From contig NC_087436.1 in NCBI RefSeq assembly GCF_036321535.1, forward strand, positions 61,816,001-61,880,000: a stretch of DNA of 64,000 nt, read 5' to 3'. The position numbers and the translations under genes were made by a program. Below the pieces are notes generated by a model that saw nothing but the letters and a program-made list of their open reading frames with translations, was not told the origin of the DNA and did no database searches. Position 1 is the first letter of the stretch. Each line of letters starts with the position of its first letter. Positions 48,720 to 60,120 of this stretch are shown here, piece after piece. This DNA is from Camelus dromedarius. Its lineage: Eukaryota.

Positions 48720-50535
48720 AGTCTCATTCTCTAACAAACACCAACTTATTCCTCCTGAAAAACATCTTCACTTATTAACGATTTCCTCATTCTAAATCTG
48801 ATGACTTCCAGCCATCAGAGAGGACCTTCCTCATCTCCATTAGTCAAATCTGAAGCCAAAACCTCTGCCTCCACTCATTTTCTGTGTTCTTTTCTGTCAA
48901 ATGGAAGAAATTACCCTGTTCAGGTTAAATCTAAATCTCTGTTTCTTATGCGTCCATGGTCTTCTTTTCAAAGACTGTGCTCCTTTATAATTTCCAATAT
49001 TTTTCTCCAGAATCAATAGTCTCTCTATATTTACTCTTTCATTTCTATCAACATATAATATATATCAGTATTTCCCATCCTAAAAGTCATTAATTTACTC
49101 TATATTTCCCTTCAGTCACAAAAGTATTTCTCTTCATCCCTTCTCAGCAAAATTGTTCAAGTATGTTATTTGCATAGATTTGTCTCTATTCTTCAGTTCC
49201 CTTCTGTTCTTAATCCATCCCTTTTTGGTTTTCATCCCTGTATTTCTCTGAGTCTGCTCCTTTCAGAGAACACTGGACCTCTCTATTTTCCAAATTTAAT
49301 GAACATCTCCCCATCCTTCTCTAACTGGAGTTAGTTAATCTAAGAGCATTCAAGCCACTTCTCCTTGAACCACTCTCTACACTTGGCTTCTTTTGTGTTT
49401 ATTTATACTCCTTTTCTTATATGATCTTGTCTTATGTCAAAACTTGAAAATCCATCTACGTGCTGATGTATCCTAATTCTGTATCTTCAGTCAGGAATTA
49501 TCTCCTGATAGTCACATTTTTATTTCCAAATGCCTACCTGATATCTCCAGTTGAAGGTCAGGTGGAACCATCTCAAACTTAGTATGATCAGAATGGGACT
49601 CACTATTCCTTCCTCTCCATCCCTCCACCTCCCCTAGATTTCCCCATTTCAAAAGTGGCTTCATTACTATCAATTCTTAAGTTGAAAATCTGGTTAATTC
49701 TTCTGTTTAGCTCATTTTCCCACCCACATTCCAAAGATAACAAAAGTTTCAGTTTAGCTGCCAAAATATCCCACATCTGTCCACTTCTCTCTATGGCTTC
49801 CACGCTTATTCCAAGCTGCCATCTTTTGCCTGGATTTCTTTGCCAGCCTCGTACTTATCTTCCTGATTTTATTCTTACTATTTTCGAATCCATTTGAGAC
49901 ATAACAGAGTTAATTTTTAAATATAATTTTTAAGTTAAGTCATGTCACTCCCTACTTAAAACCTCAGTGGCTGCCAACTGCTCTTTTAGTAAAATTAAAA
50001 TCCCTTCCCAGACTACATGAACCTGCATGACCTAAATTCTCTATTCCTTTCCAGCTTCACGTATTGCCGCTTACTCACTGTGCTGCATGAGCAACGATGA
50101 TCTTCTGTCACCTCCTTGAACACGCCACATCTTTCCTGATTCACAGGCTTTGCACTTGCTCTTCCTTCTGCCTGGAAAACCCTTCTCTCAACTCTTTCTC
50201 ACTGGCTTGTTTTTAATCTTCAAACTGCAGTTCTTCAAAGCAGACTTCAAGAACTGCCCAAACCTTCTAGTTACTTCTAAACCAAAACACAGTTCATTTT
50301 CTTCATAAAAGTAATCACAAACTGTAATTATCCTGTTTGATCATTTATTAGTCTAATATAAATTTCCCACACTAGGGACATAAGCTCCAAGAGACAAGAG
50401 CTTTGTCTGCCGCTGTAACAATACCTAGGGAGGTTGCCGTACATGGAGCTGATTCTCTGTCAATACTTGCTGCCTTTGTGACAGCGTGGCTGAATGAAGT
50501 AATTAACGAAGTACTTAATTAAGTAATGAATGAAA
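48720..50535 (+). mobile_element. Long L2 fragment
   Basis: 'ctcaaacttagtatg', 'catgtcactccctacttaaaacc', 'ggctttgcacttgctcttccttctgcctggaa', TGAA-repeat tail. Confidence 0.8.
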
Positions 50536-51374
50536 GAAACAAATCTAATTTCTAGAAGCATGACAGCCATCAGTTTTTAAAAATTGCTGTTGGATACAAT
50601 TAATATGCAATACTTCCCAGGAAGATAGTAATCCAGGAACTTCCTCACTTGAGCTTTATGTTTTTGCTGGAACTTAACATCCCTTTGTATTCAGATAGTT
50701 TTGAGTGAAAAGTAGGGGAAGATAAAACTTTTTCTTCTCAAGATGTTATTAAAAGCAATTAAGGAGAGGATATAATGTAGGGATTTTTTCCTGAAGGAAA
50801 ACTAAATTATTTTATATTTATTGAAATATTTTGATCAACAGTGGTTTAAACTAAATGTTGATGATCTCTCTTTGGTGCAGTCACCTTTTGTTTCTTTCTC
50901 ATTTAATAGGATCAGATTTCACAAGTAACTAAGGCTCCTAGGGCATTGGTTTTCTGTGAACCAAATTGCTGTTTTCAATTTCTTATTATTTTTGGTCTCA
51001 GATCTTTTCCCAGATATTCAGGAAGTAAAAAAGGAAAAACAATGCTTGTTTTAAATAACTGTGAATTGATAGTGTAAAACATCCATATTATTGAGAACAT
51101 AAAAATGGTTTTAGATATGCAGAAAGGAAATTTTAGAGCTTTCTGTCTTTATTTAGCAAAATAATTGAAATAAATACAATATAGCTTTTAGGGTAGAGAA
51201 TTCGCTATCAAAGACATCATCAGTTACCAAATATATAATTCTTCTGATGTTTGAAAAAAAAATTCTACCTTTTTTCCCTCCAGCTATAGCAGATTTGTGA
51301 CATTTTTCCAAAAAGTCATCAGTCTCATAGACTCATTTATAGATTCATGAATTCTGAAAATAAAACTAAAGAAA

Positions 51375-51525
51375 ACACAATAATTATCCCTGTTTTACAA
51401 ATGTGAAAACTAAAGCACCAAAAAGTTAATTCACTTTTGCAGTAACAAAGGTAGTAACTGATAGGGCCACGGTTGAAAGCTTGGCGGTCTGACTGCAGAA
51501 CATGTCTCTTAACCTCTGTGCTGCA
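51375..51525 (-). mobile_element. MIR SINE
   Basis: 'attatccctgttttacaaatgtgaaaactaaagc...ggtctgactgcaga'. Confidence 0.7.
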
Positions 51526-51796
51526 ACACTGTTTATTTGTTCCCTGTTTGCTTTGCTGAGTGAATTGGGTATCACGCATCATAAACAAAGATTTAAATGT
51601 GTATTTTGTATCATGGACTTTTACGAATTTGGTGTTTTGAAGATTTTCTTATAAATCATATGAATCAGTGGATATTCTGATGGTTTTCTTCAACATAAAA
51701 TGAGAATAACAGTATGACTTATACAGAGTAGGACATTGTAGGTGCTCAAAAAAATAAGATCTCTTCCATCACCATCCATTGTATGGGATATGAATT

Positions 51797-52245
51797 GTAT
51801 CAGGTCTGATTCCCTAGAAGGAAGCCTGAGATGGGATTCAGATGTAAGTAATTGAGGATGTCCTTTAGGAGAAAGCAACTGAAGTTAAACAGAATAAGAT
51901 GAGGGGAAGACTCCAAGCAAGAATGTGAGTTTAATGTTAACCTGATTGCTTAGGAGCTCTGGAGCACCAGTTGCACCTGAGAGTCACTTCTGGAGGCATA
52001 AGGAGCAGCCATTTTATCTCTGTGTCCATCATGGCCAGTCTACTGGAACCCCAGCTACAAGTGGAGGATGGGGATGAGGAGCAATGTGCTTCCTGCATAG
52101 GGCAACGTGGCTTCTGTTCAGCCAACTGGGATTCTCTGTAAAAGGAGCAGCTATGCACCGTAAGCACCCAGCACCCAGCAGATGGGGAATGCCTATTCCA
52201 GCCCCAGTAAGGGGATCTGGATGGGATCCCACTAGTATCTACTAT
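51797..52245 (-). mobile_element. ERVL LTR (LTR33-like)
   Basis: 'gaagcctgagatgggattcagatgtaagt'; right end 'ggggatctggatgggatcccactagtatctacta'. Confidence 0.75.
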
Positions 52246-52908
52246 ATTAATGATGCCTAGAATTTGATATCTCAATTTACATATGTCTTAGGACTTTTTA
52301 AGTCATAAATAATGTTTGAGAGGCTAAATTAACCACTGCCTATATGCATTTGTCCTTTAGCATGATGACACCACTAAAGCTTTCATAGGTTAATTCAAAA
52401 GTGGATAAGATTTTCTAAAAGATTCCAAGACTTGGAGCTTTTGAGTCCTAACCTTTACATTTTGTATTCAGTGAATAATTAAATAATTAGCAAAATTCTT
52501 CTCCCATGTAACAATGACATAAGTTGCCAGTACTGTTTTCAGCATAATATGCTTTAGAATTAACATTAATTATACTGTAATTACTAATATAAAACACGAA
52601 CATCTACAATAGCTTGCTAGCTGTAGAATTGTGGGGGTTGTTCTATTAACAAGACCGGTAGCTTAAATTTATTCATTTTTGCTATTGTATTTCAGTTTTT
52701 TTGCAGTCAGAAAATTACAAGAAAGTCAGAGTAGGTGTAATTTAGGGAGTGAGTCAAATTTTAATAAAATTGTATATTTCTAATACATTTCTCCAATTAC
52801 TTATCTTTAAATATCAATGAAATTGTTCCCTGATGGAATAATCAAACTCTGAGGACCCTCCTTTGCTCATTCTGAGTTCCTTACACTTTACATGTATCCT
52901 CTCCAATT

Positions 52909-53938
52909 AGAGTTTTCTCTGGACAATTGCTGGATCATTTAGCGATTCTATTTTTAGTTTTTTAAGCAATCTCCATATTATTTTCCATAGTGGCTGCACC
53001 AAATTACATTCCCTCCAACAATGGGAGGATTACCTTTTCTCCACACTCTCTCCAGCATTTACTGTTTGTGGACTTTTAATAATGGCCATTCTGACTGGTG
53101 TGAAGTGATACCTCATTGTAGTTTTGATTTTCATTTCTCTGATAATTAGCAATACTGAGCATTTTTTATGTACCTATTGGCTATCTGTATGTCTTCATTG
53201 AAAAAATGTCTGTTCAGGTCTTCTTCCTACTTTTTGATTGGGTGGGTTTTGTTTTTTTGTTTTTTTTTTAATTATTGAATTGAATGAGCTGTTTGTATAT
53301 TCTGGAAGTTAAGCCCTTGTCAGTCATATCATTTTCAAATATTTTCTCCCATTCTGTATGTTCTCTTTTCTTTTTGTTTATGGTTTTGTTTGCTGTGCAA
53401 ATGTTTATAAGTTTAATTAAGTCCCATTTGTTTATTTTTGGTTTTATTTGCATTGCCTTGGGAGACTGACATAAGAAAACATTGCAGCAATTTATGTCAG
53501 AGAATGTTTTGTTTGTGTTCTCTTCTAGGAGATTTATGGTGTCTTGTCTTATGTTTAAGTCTTTCAGCCATTTTGAGTTTACTTTTGTGTATGGTGTGAG
53601 GGAGTGTTCTAACTTCATTGATTTACATGCAGCTGTCCAGTTTTCCCAACACCACTTGCTGAAGAGGCTGTCTTTACTCCATTGTCTGTTCTTGCCTCCT
53701 TTGTCAAAGATTAATTGACCAAAAGTTTGTAGGTTTGTTTCTGGGCTCTTTATTCTGTTCCATGGATCCATATGTCTGTTTGTGTGCCAATACCATGCTG
53801 TTTTGATTACTGTGGCTTTGTAGTATTGTCTGAAGTCTGGGAGAGTTATGCCTCCAGCTTCTTTCATTTTCTTCAATATTGCTTTAGCAGTACTGGGTCT
53901 TTCGTGATTCCATGTAAATTTTAGGATTATTTATTCTA
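52909..53938 (-). mobile_element. L1 fragment (same family as 4498-5958), ORF2 C-terminal part, no 3'UTR tail
   Basis: 202-aa ORF (53268-53876) [25 protein letters not shown]...[11 protein letters not shown]...[10 protein letters not shown]. Confidence 0.95.
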
Positions 53939-54084
53939 TTTACTGTTATTTTAAAGCTCAGTTCTCATTATTATTGGGTTTTTTATTTTATATCATATGT
54001 AAAGTCACAATTTCATTCAAAACCAAGTTGGATAAGCACTTCTGAAATGACAGCATAAAGACTTCCAAAATTCTTCTCTTCCAT

Positions 54085-56210
54085 AAAGTATGGGAAAAAG
54101 TAAAGCTATATCTATTTGCAGATGACATCATCTTTTATCTAGACATCCTAAGGAATCCACTAGTAAAACTATTAGAACTTATAAATAATTTCAGCAAGAT
54201 TGCAGGATACAAAATTAATATACAGAAATAAATTGTATTTCTATACATTTGTAATTAGCAAAAATGCAAGAATGAAGGTCAGAAACCAATTTCATTTATA
54301 GTAACATCAAAAGAAATAAAATACTTTGGAATAAATTTATCAAAAGAAGTGCAAAACTTGTACTCTGACAGTATGAAATGTTATTGATTGAAGTTAAAGT
54401 AGACCTAACTAAGTGGAAAGACATATTGTTCATAAATTAGAAGACTTCTTGTTAAGATAACAGTATTCCCCAAACTATGATCTATAGATTTAATATCCCT
54501 GTTACAATCATAGCTATCTTCTTTGTAGAAATTGACAAGTTGATTCTAAAATTCGTAAGGACTTTATGATAAAAAATATCCAAAACAATTTTGTAAAAGA
54601 ACAGTTAGAAGATTTACTTCATGATTTAAAAACTTAATACAAAGCTACTGTAATCAAGGATAGTATGGTACTGACATAAGGATAGAGGTATAAATTCAAG
54701 GAATAGAATTGAGGGTCTAGAAATAAGCTTTATGTGTATGGTTAACTGATTTTTGACAAGGATTCAAAGACCATTCAATGGAGAAAAATACTATTTTCAA
54801 CAAATGATGCTAGGACAACAGAAAGACATGCAAAAGAATAAAAGTGTACCCTTCCTTACATCATATATAAAAATTAACTTAAAGTGGGTAAAATCTGTTG
54901 TGTGCCAGTCTCAGCCTATTAGTAGCCAGTATTGTGGCTGTACTGACACTTGTGGTTCTTATTATGATTCCAAGATGCCCTTAGCAATAACTATCAGGAA
55001 ACTTTGAAAGAGACAATGGTTATTACTGACGGGTTCTGGAAATTACATGGCACACCTGGGGCCACACAGTGAGGTTAGGTGTCAGGGTGGGGTGAAGAAG
55101 GGAGAGAGAGAGAAAGAGAACCCCCTGGAGTTGTGCTTTTATTGGGGTCTAGGGTGAGGGCCTAGGGTTTCAAGGGCTCACTCTTTATCGGTGAATGTAA
55201 AACATAAGAATGGAGATTTAAAGCAAAGGAAGAGAAAAAACAAGGGCCCAAATAGTAATAGAAGTCAACCGATGTCTCGAAAGCAAAGGTTCTGGGGAGG
55301 CCGGGAGGTTGGAGGCTTGGTGGTGGCCTGGCTTTTTATCTATCTTTATCTAGTTATGTGGCTGGCAGTGTGTTTACTTAATGTGAGATACCCATCTTTG
55401 AAGTGGATTCCTCAACCATCAAAGCTCAGGCCAGGCACTCGCAGTACAAAAAGTAAAGCCAGCTATTGGGCTTACACTATACACATCTATATTCAAGACC
55501 TAAAGCTATAAACCTTTCAGAAGATAATGTAGGAATAAATCTTCATGACCTCTGATTTGGTAAAGGATCTCAGATATGACACAAACAGCACAAGCAACAA
55601 AAGAAAAATAATGGATAAATTGGATTTTATCAAAAATTAAAAATCTTTTGCATCACTAATACCATCAAGAAAAAGGCAACCCACAGAATAGGGAAAAAAA
55701 TTATAAATTATGTGTCTGATAAGGGTCTCAAACCGTAATATATCAGTAATTCTTAAAACTCAACAATAGAAAGGTAAATAACCTAATAAAAATGGACAAA
55801 TGATTTGAATAGGTGTCCCTCCTAAAAAGGTATACAGATATGCCAACAGCACATGAGAAGATGCTCAATATCACTAATCACAAGGAAATGCTGGTCAAAA
55901 TCATGAAGACATAGTACTCACCCTCACTAAGATGGCTAAAAAGAAAAAAGAAAAAAAAAAAGAAAAAAGAAAAAAGAAAGAAAGGGAAAAAGTCAGACAA
56001 TAGCAAGTGTTGATGAGGATTTGAAGAAATTGCATTGCCCATGGGAATATAAAATGATTCAGCCACTTTGGAACATTCTTGGCAGTTCTTCAAAATGTTA
56101 ATCCCATACCAGGATATTCACTTCTAAGTATGTACTCCAGAGAAAGGAAAATGTATTTTTATGCAAAAACTTGAACACAGATTTCATAGCAGCATTATTC
56201 ATAATAAAGT
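54085..56210 (+). mobile_element. Older L1M (L1MB/MC-like) ORF2 3' half, interrupted by an LTR at 54896-55483
   Basis: 'ctatttgcagatgacatcatc' (LFADD), 'tacaaagctactgtaatcaag' (YKATVIK), 'ttcatagcagcattattcataata'. Confidence 0.9.
54896..55483 (-). mobile_element. Solo LTR (ERVL MER74/MER76-group, tentative) nested in L1
   Basis: TGT...ACA termini; the L1 sequence is contiguous across the insertion; flanks AATC/CATC. Confidence 0.75.
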
Positions 56211-56234
56211 GTGAATATCCCTTGAACTAAGCTA

Positions 56235-56443
56235 GTTAAAACAAGGCCAAATCAAGCTCTCCACCTGTTTTTGAAAATAATGCTGTATTAAAACACAGCA
56301 CACACACCCCCATTCATTTACATGTTGTTTCTGGCTGCTTTCACGTTAGAATGGGAAGAATGAGTTGTTGAGATAATGTTTGACTCACAAAGCTGAAAAT
56401 ATTTCCAATTTTACTCTTTACGGAAAAAGTTTGCTGATCTCTG
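56235..56443 (+). mobile_element. MER58A-like hAT MITE
   Basis: 'ggccaaatc...ccacctgtttttg...cattcatttacatgttgtttctggctgctttcac...gaaaaagtttgctgatctctg'. Confidence 0.85.
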
Positions 56444-56730
56444 TTCTAAAACAACAGATGCTTATTTTTTGTTAACACAGAGTAGTTGTATGTCTGAGTG
56501 ACTCTCTGGGGCAACTGTGCTCCGTAGGATGGCTCAGGGTTACACCTCCAATTCAATATGCACTTACATATTTGTCAAGTCAGGAGGAGAGCAAGAATGG
56601 ATGATTGTACCCTGCTGTTAAATGTTTCTGCCCAACTGCAATACATGTCAGATCTGCACACATTTCATTGGCTAAAGCAGGTCACGTGCCAATTTCTAAC
56701 CTCAAGGTCACAGGGAAGGACAGGTCTAAT
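56444..56730 (-). mobile_element. Old MaLR LTR fragment
   Basis: 'taaaacaacagatgcttattt' and 'cacatttcattggctaaagcaggtcacgtgcc'. Confidence 0.6.
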
Positions 56731-58409
56731 AGTTATTCCTATAGTCACTGATATTTTGTTCATTTCTTCACCTGAAGCAATTCATCTGAGGATTTTCACA
56801 TATGTGGTTTCAAAATGATTCAACCTTGAACAGGTCCCTTTGGTTTTTATTATCTTCGTGACTGTTAGGCTTTTATAGTAACTTTTCTGAGATCGTGACT
56901 TCTCTGTTTTCTATTCTAAACTGATATAGAATTCTAACATAAAAGCTGATGATATACAAATGCTACATAAGATTAAAAAAATCTTGTATGTGCATATACA
57001 TCTATGTATATTAAGAAAACATGTATCTGGGAAACTTACATTAGAGAATGACTAGCATTTCAAGGCAGTTATTTACTTTGCAAAAAATCCACTGTCGAGT
57101 TGTCTTTTTAATTGTGAGATTCCGTTGCATTTTAAATTATTGCATTATGAATAATTTGATTTAGAGTTGATTTTCAGGAGCTAAGTTATTACAGAAACCA
57201 AACTGCATTTTTCATAAGTAACATGGAAACTTAGCTTTCATTTGGGTGTTTTTGAAGTATGAACAAATCCCTTTGAAAAGTATTCAAGGGAAAATGTACA
57301 ATGGAAAAGAAATGGGAAAGATTGTTTCACTGCTGTTCTAAAAGTTAGTATCCTGTAACTGCAAAATCAGACACTGGGACCAAATAATTTATAGACCCTG
57401 CACTTACTTATTATAGAGTGAATGTTAGCAGAGACATGTCATGGATGTACTAAATTATTTAAGCTCCTCTTTGACTATTATTTCCTGTTGTCAGTCACTG
57501 CCTCTACCTAATTTAAAGTTCATTTAAAATGAACTTTAGAATAATATTACTCTTTTGAGTCTGTTAGCTCTATTAAAAGGTTTAGCAATTTTGAAAAATA
57601 TGCCTGGTTTTATGTTTGTGTTTTCTCTAGGCTTTATGAAACTGCAAAAAGTGATTTCTCTCTCTAATATTTAATCTGTAAGCCATTCAAACATAAGCAA
57701 ACCAAAATTAATACACTGGAAAATATTCAAATGTCTTCAAAATTTGTCTGTGAAACATCCCTGGCGGTATTTCATGCCAATACCCAGAAATATCTATTAC
57801 AAATGTTACGTATGTTTTGTCTGATCCCTGGCAGCAAATTATGGTCAGAGACTGAGATTGTCTTTGCCAATAATTTACTTAACACAGGTTCACTGCAGGA
57901 ATTATAATAATTTCACAAGCCAATATTTTACAGAATACTATTTCTTAATGAGCCAATAAAGACATAACATACTCTAAACCAATAATAGATTAACTATATT
58001 ATTGTTTTGGGCAAGAGGGAGATGAAAGGAGTAAGGTCCAAATTTAGTTGAGGTGAACGTTTCTCTGAGTTGGTCCTTGGGAGAATCGGTTTAGCCAGCC
58101 ACTGAGCTGGTGTCCAGCTGCCTGTGCAAAACTGGAAGCCGCTTGTTGCTGAGCACCATGCTAGGGAGTTAAGACACCAGATGACTATAAAGAAGAAACC
58201 AACCATGCTTATAGATCCAACATTAAAGCTTCCCTAGTCGTCTTCACTTTCCTGTATTCTCACTGCAACAGTCCACTTCTTTAACCCAAGCTCATGGTTC
58301 TCCTTTTCCTCCCAGACCTCTTTATTGGGCCTGGGCTTTCTAGAACTATTTCACACTCTCTCTCTCTCCTCACATCACTCCTCACATCACTCATATATTG
58401 TATATATAC

Positions 58410-58437
58410 GTGTGTGTGTGTGTGTGTGTGTGTGTGT
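58410..58437. repeat. (GT)14 microsatellite, preceded by a 12-bp duplication CTCACATCACTC (58369-58392)
   Basis: Read directly. Confidence 0.95.
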
Positions 58438-59019
58438 CTTTTTAATCAAACTCTCCTCAATCACCCCTCTCTTTGCTGAATATTCCTTTTGCTTGCAGAA
58501 CATAATGCTACCTGGAGTCCTTCATGAAAATCCCCTTTCCAGGTAGCTCTCTGAGGACGTAGTTGCTGCCTTATTTCTCCTCAGCTCATATCTCAGGATC
58601 AGGAAGTAGGACAGAGTCTGAGTCTTTCTGTTTTCATTCTGCTTCTAGACATTGTGTGTGTGTACGATGGGGGGAGCAGTTTCCTGCTGTGGGCAGCGAC
58701 CTTCACTAGCATGACACTGACTTCTTCTACCATCTGACTTAAATTCTCCCGGGTAGGGGTGGGGGGAAACATGCATGACTTATCTTTGAATCAGTAGTGG
58801 AAATGGGCCCTTTTTACTTCTTTTCCTGAGCAACAGGGTGCATGTAAAAATCATATAGTCTTGTCTGTACCTCCATTCCATTCACGTTACTGGAGAAAGT
58901 CCACCACTGGAGAAATCTGAGGCAGTCCTGTGCTGTCTATAGCTGAGTAAGTAAATCTAGCTTCACAGTTTAATTTTTGGAAGCCTACTATTACACAGTT
59001 TGGCAACATTCTCTAGTAA

Positions 59020-59210
59020 AAATTGGACTCAGATAACCTTTACTCTTAGTTGTGTCATTAATTAGACATGTGAACCTCAATCGCTTCATGTGTTACATGG
59101 ACGGATCATAATACTTTACACCATTGTGTTGTTGTGAAGATTAAATGATTTAGTACAAATTTAAAACACTGTACAATGTGCTTAGCACATAGTGATTGCT
59201 AGCTGTTACT
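59020..59210 (+). mobile_element. MIR SINE
   Basis: 'gttgttgtgaagattaaatga...gtgcttagcacatagtga'. Confidence 0.65.
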
Positions 59211-60057
59211 TAAAACCAGTGAAATCCTTTGATCCTCATATGCCATAATCTCCCCAATAATCTCCTTATTTTCGTCAAAGTTGGTTAACTTGGAGAAGAG
59301 GGTGGTATTTATTTGGTCCTCTCTTGAACTCCTAGATCATCATTCTTTCACCCTATTACTAAAACAAACAAACAAACAAACAAAAGCCCTGCTCTTTTGA
59401 GGGTCATGCTATTTTGCTGTCCCATCCTCAATTCCTTCTTGTCACTCTTAGTTAGCCCCTGGCACCCCCATTGCTTCCAGTCAACAGTTCTTTGTTTGTA
59501 TCATCATTGGCACTTTCATACTCTCATTTTCCAGGTTTTCACATCTGGAGAAATGTGTATTTCTGATTATTTTATAAAAAGCTATTACTAGTTATTCTTC
59601 CTTTATGATTTTTTTTTTTTTTTTTGCTTCTGTCTATTCCAGCTGCCTAAGGATCATACCAACACTTGGTAGAGTTCTGCAGCTAAGAAAATATAATTTG
59701 CCTTACTGATTTACCTATTAATGTTCATGGCTGTATCTACTAAGATAACAGGGTACACACCATTATCTCTTTGTGGACTGATCCATTCACTCCTATACCA
59801 ATTCTCAAAACTTCTAAAAGGAGGCTTCTGCCAATTAAACCCACCCACCTTTAATTCCTACCTAACATTGTCATGGATAGAAAATGTTTCCCTTTTTTCT
59901 TCTCCACTCATTCAGAGAATCTACCTCCTCTTTCAGTATATTGAATGCTCAATAAATACAATTATCTAGCATACATATATGCCTGATAACATCTTATTTC
60001 TTTTAGTGTTGAACTACAGACAATGAATCTTTTAAGAATATTTTACAAAAATAACAA

Positions 60058-60120
60058 ATATAAATATATATATATATTATATATGGCATATATATGTGTG
60101 TGTGTATATATATATATATG
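60058..60120. repeat. Compound (TA)n/(TG)n microsatellite
   Basis: Read directly. Confidence 0.9.

Noticed and set aside
53268..53876. 202-aa ORF as a host gene
   Set aside because: It is an L1 ORF2 C-terminal fragment without the EN or RT domains or a promoter
57514..57538. 12-bp-arm palindrome TAAAGTTCATTT-A-AAATGAACTTTA
   Set aside because: Short and AT-rich; too small for a miRNA and compatible with chance or a minor template switch
58149..58168. REST/RE1-like 'tgagcaccatg'
   Set aside because: Only a partial left half-site; the GGACAG half is absent
58750..58767. G-rich run as a G-quadruplex
   Set aside because: Only three separate G-tracts; does not fit the canonical four-tract pattern
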